Assembly: GCA_963737065.1 (NCBI GenBank) | Contig: CAVTRC010000001.1 | Coordinates: 1 to 64,000 of the forward strand | Origin: Candidatus Eremiobacteria bacterium | GTDB taxonomy: Bacteria; Vulcanimicrobiota; Vulcanimicrobiia; Vulcanimicrobiales; Vulcanimicrobiaceae | DNA length: 64,000 nt | Reading direction: 5' to 3' | In this document: piece after piece, positions 63,950-64,000 of the stretch | Layout: each line of letters starts with the position of its first letter | How positions within the stretch are numbered: position 1 is the first letter of the stretch | Notes under the pieces: generated by a model | What the model was told of the DNA's origin: nothing | The model's input: the letters and a program-made list of their open reading frames with translations, nothing else | Databases searched by the model: none | Translations under genes and position numbers: made by a program

Positions 63950-64000
63950 ACGCAATCTTGCGGCGCTGCTGGACGCCGTCAGAACACTGGAACCCACGCT
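63933..64000 (+). CDS. Start of a third overlapping ORF, truncated by the window edge
   Basis: ATG 63933 overlaps the HTH 3' end: MPTKTERNLAALLDAVRTLEPT... Confidence 0.55.
   Translation, partial: MPTKTERNLAALLDAVRTLEPT

Overview
A GC-rich bacterial chromosomal segment, mostly housekeeping and metabolic genes with mobile elements at both ends. LptF/G suggests a diderm; a Ca. Eremiobacterota-like origin is my impression only. Left to right: an IS110 transposase whose 3' end is cut by a complete IS481 element; a WbpA/B/D/E/I-type diacetamido-uronic acid surface-polysaccharide cluster; tig-clpP-clpX; seven tRNAs and a PAS-GGDEF-EAL gene; lepA/rdgB; SRP RNA; a homogentisate (Tyr/Phe catabolism) cluster; deoC-ALDH; an Egt1/OvoA-like sulfoxide synthase; icd; serA with two histidine phosphatases; a probable 6S RNA and tRNA-Ser; a class II ribonucleotide reductase (nrdJ) with three LAGLIDADG inteins; and the left part of a tyrosine-recombinase/HTH element. 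Many conserved genes carry single-base frameshifts, most simply explained by long-read consensus errors. Most notable: (i) the triple-intein nrdJ; (ii) the recombinase element preceded by five ordered 13-bp motifs; (iii) three 29-bp repeats between serA and pspA, each an 8-codon mini-ORF, forming an unbroken start-stop relay; (iv) an uncharacterised gene occupying the missing maleylacetoacetate-isomerase slot of the homogentisate pathway. All calls come from reading motifs by eye; no searches were run.
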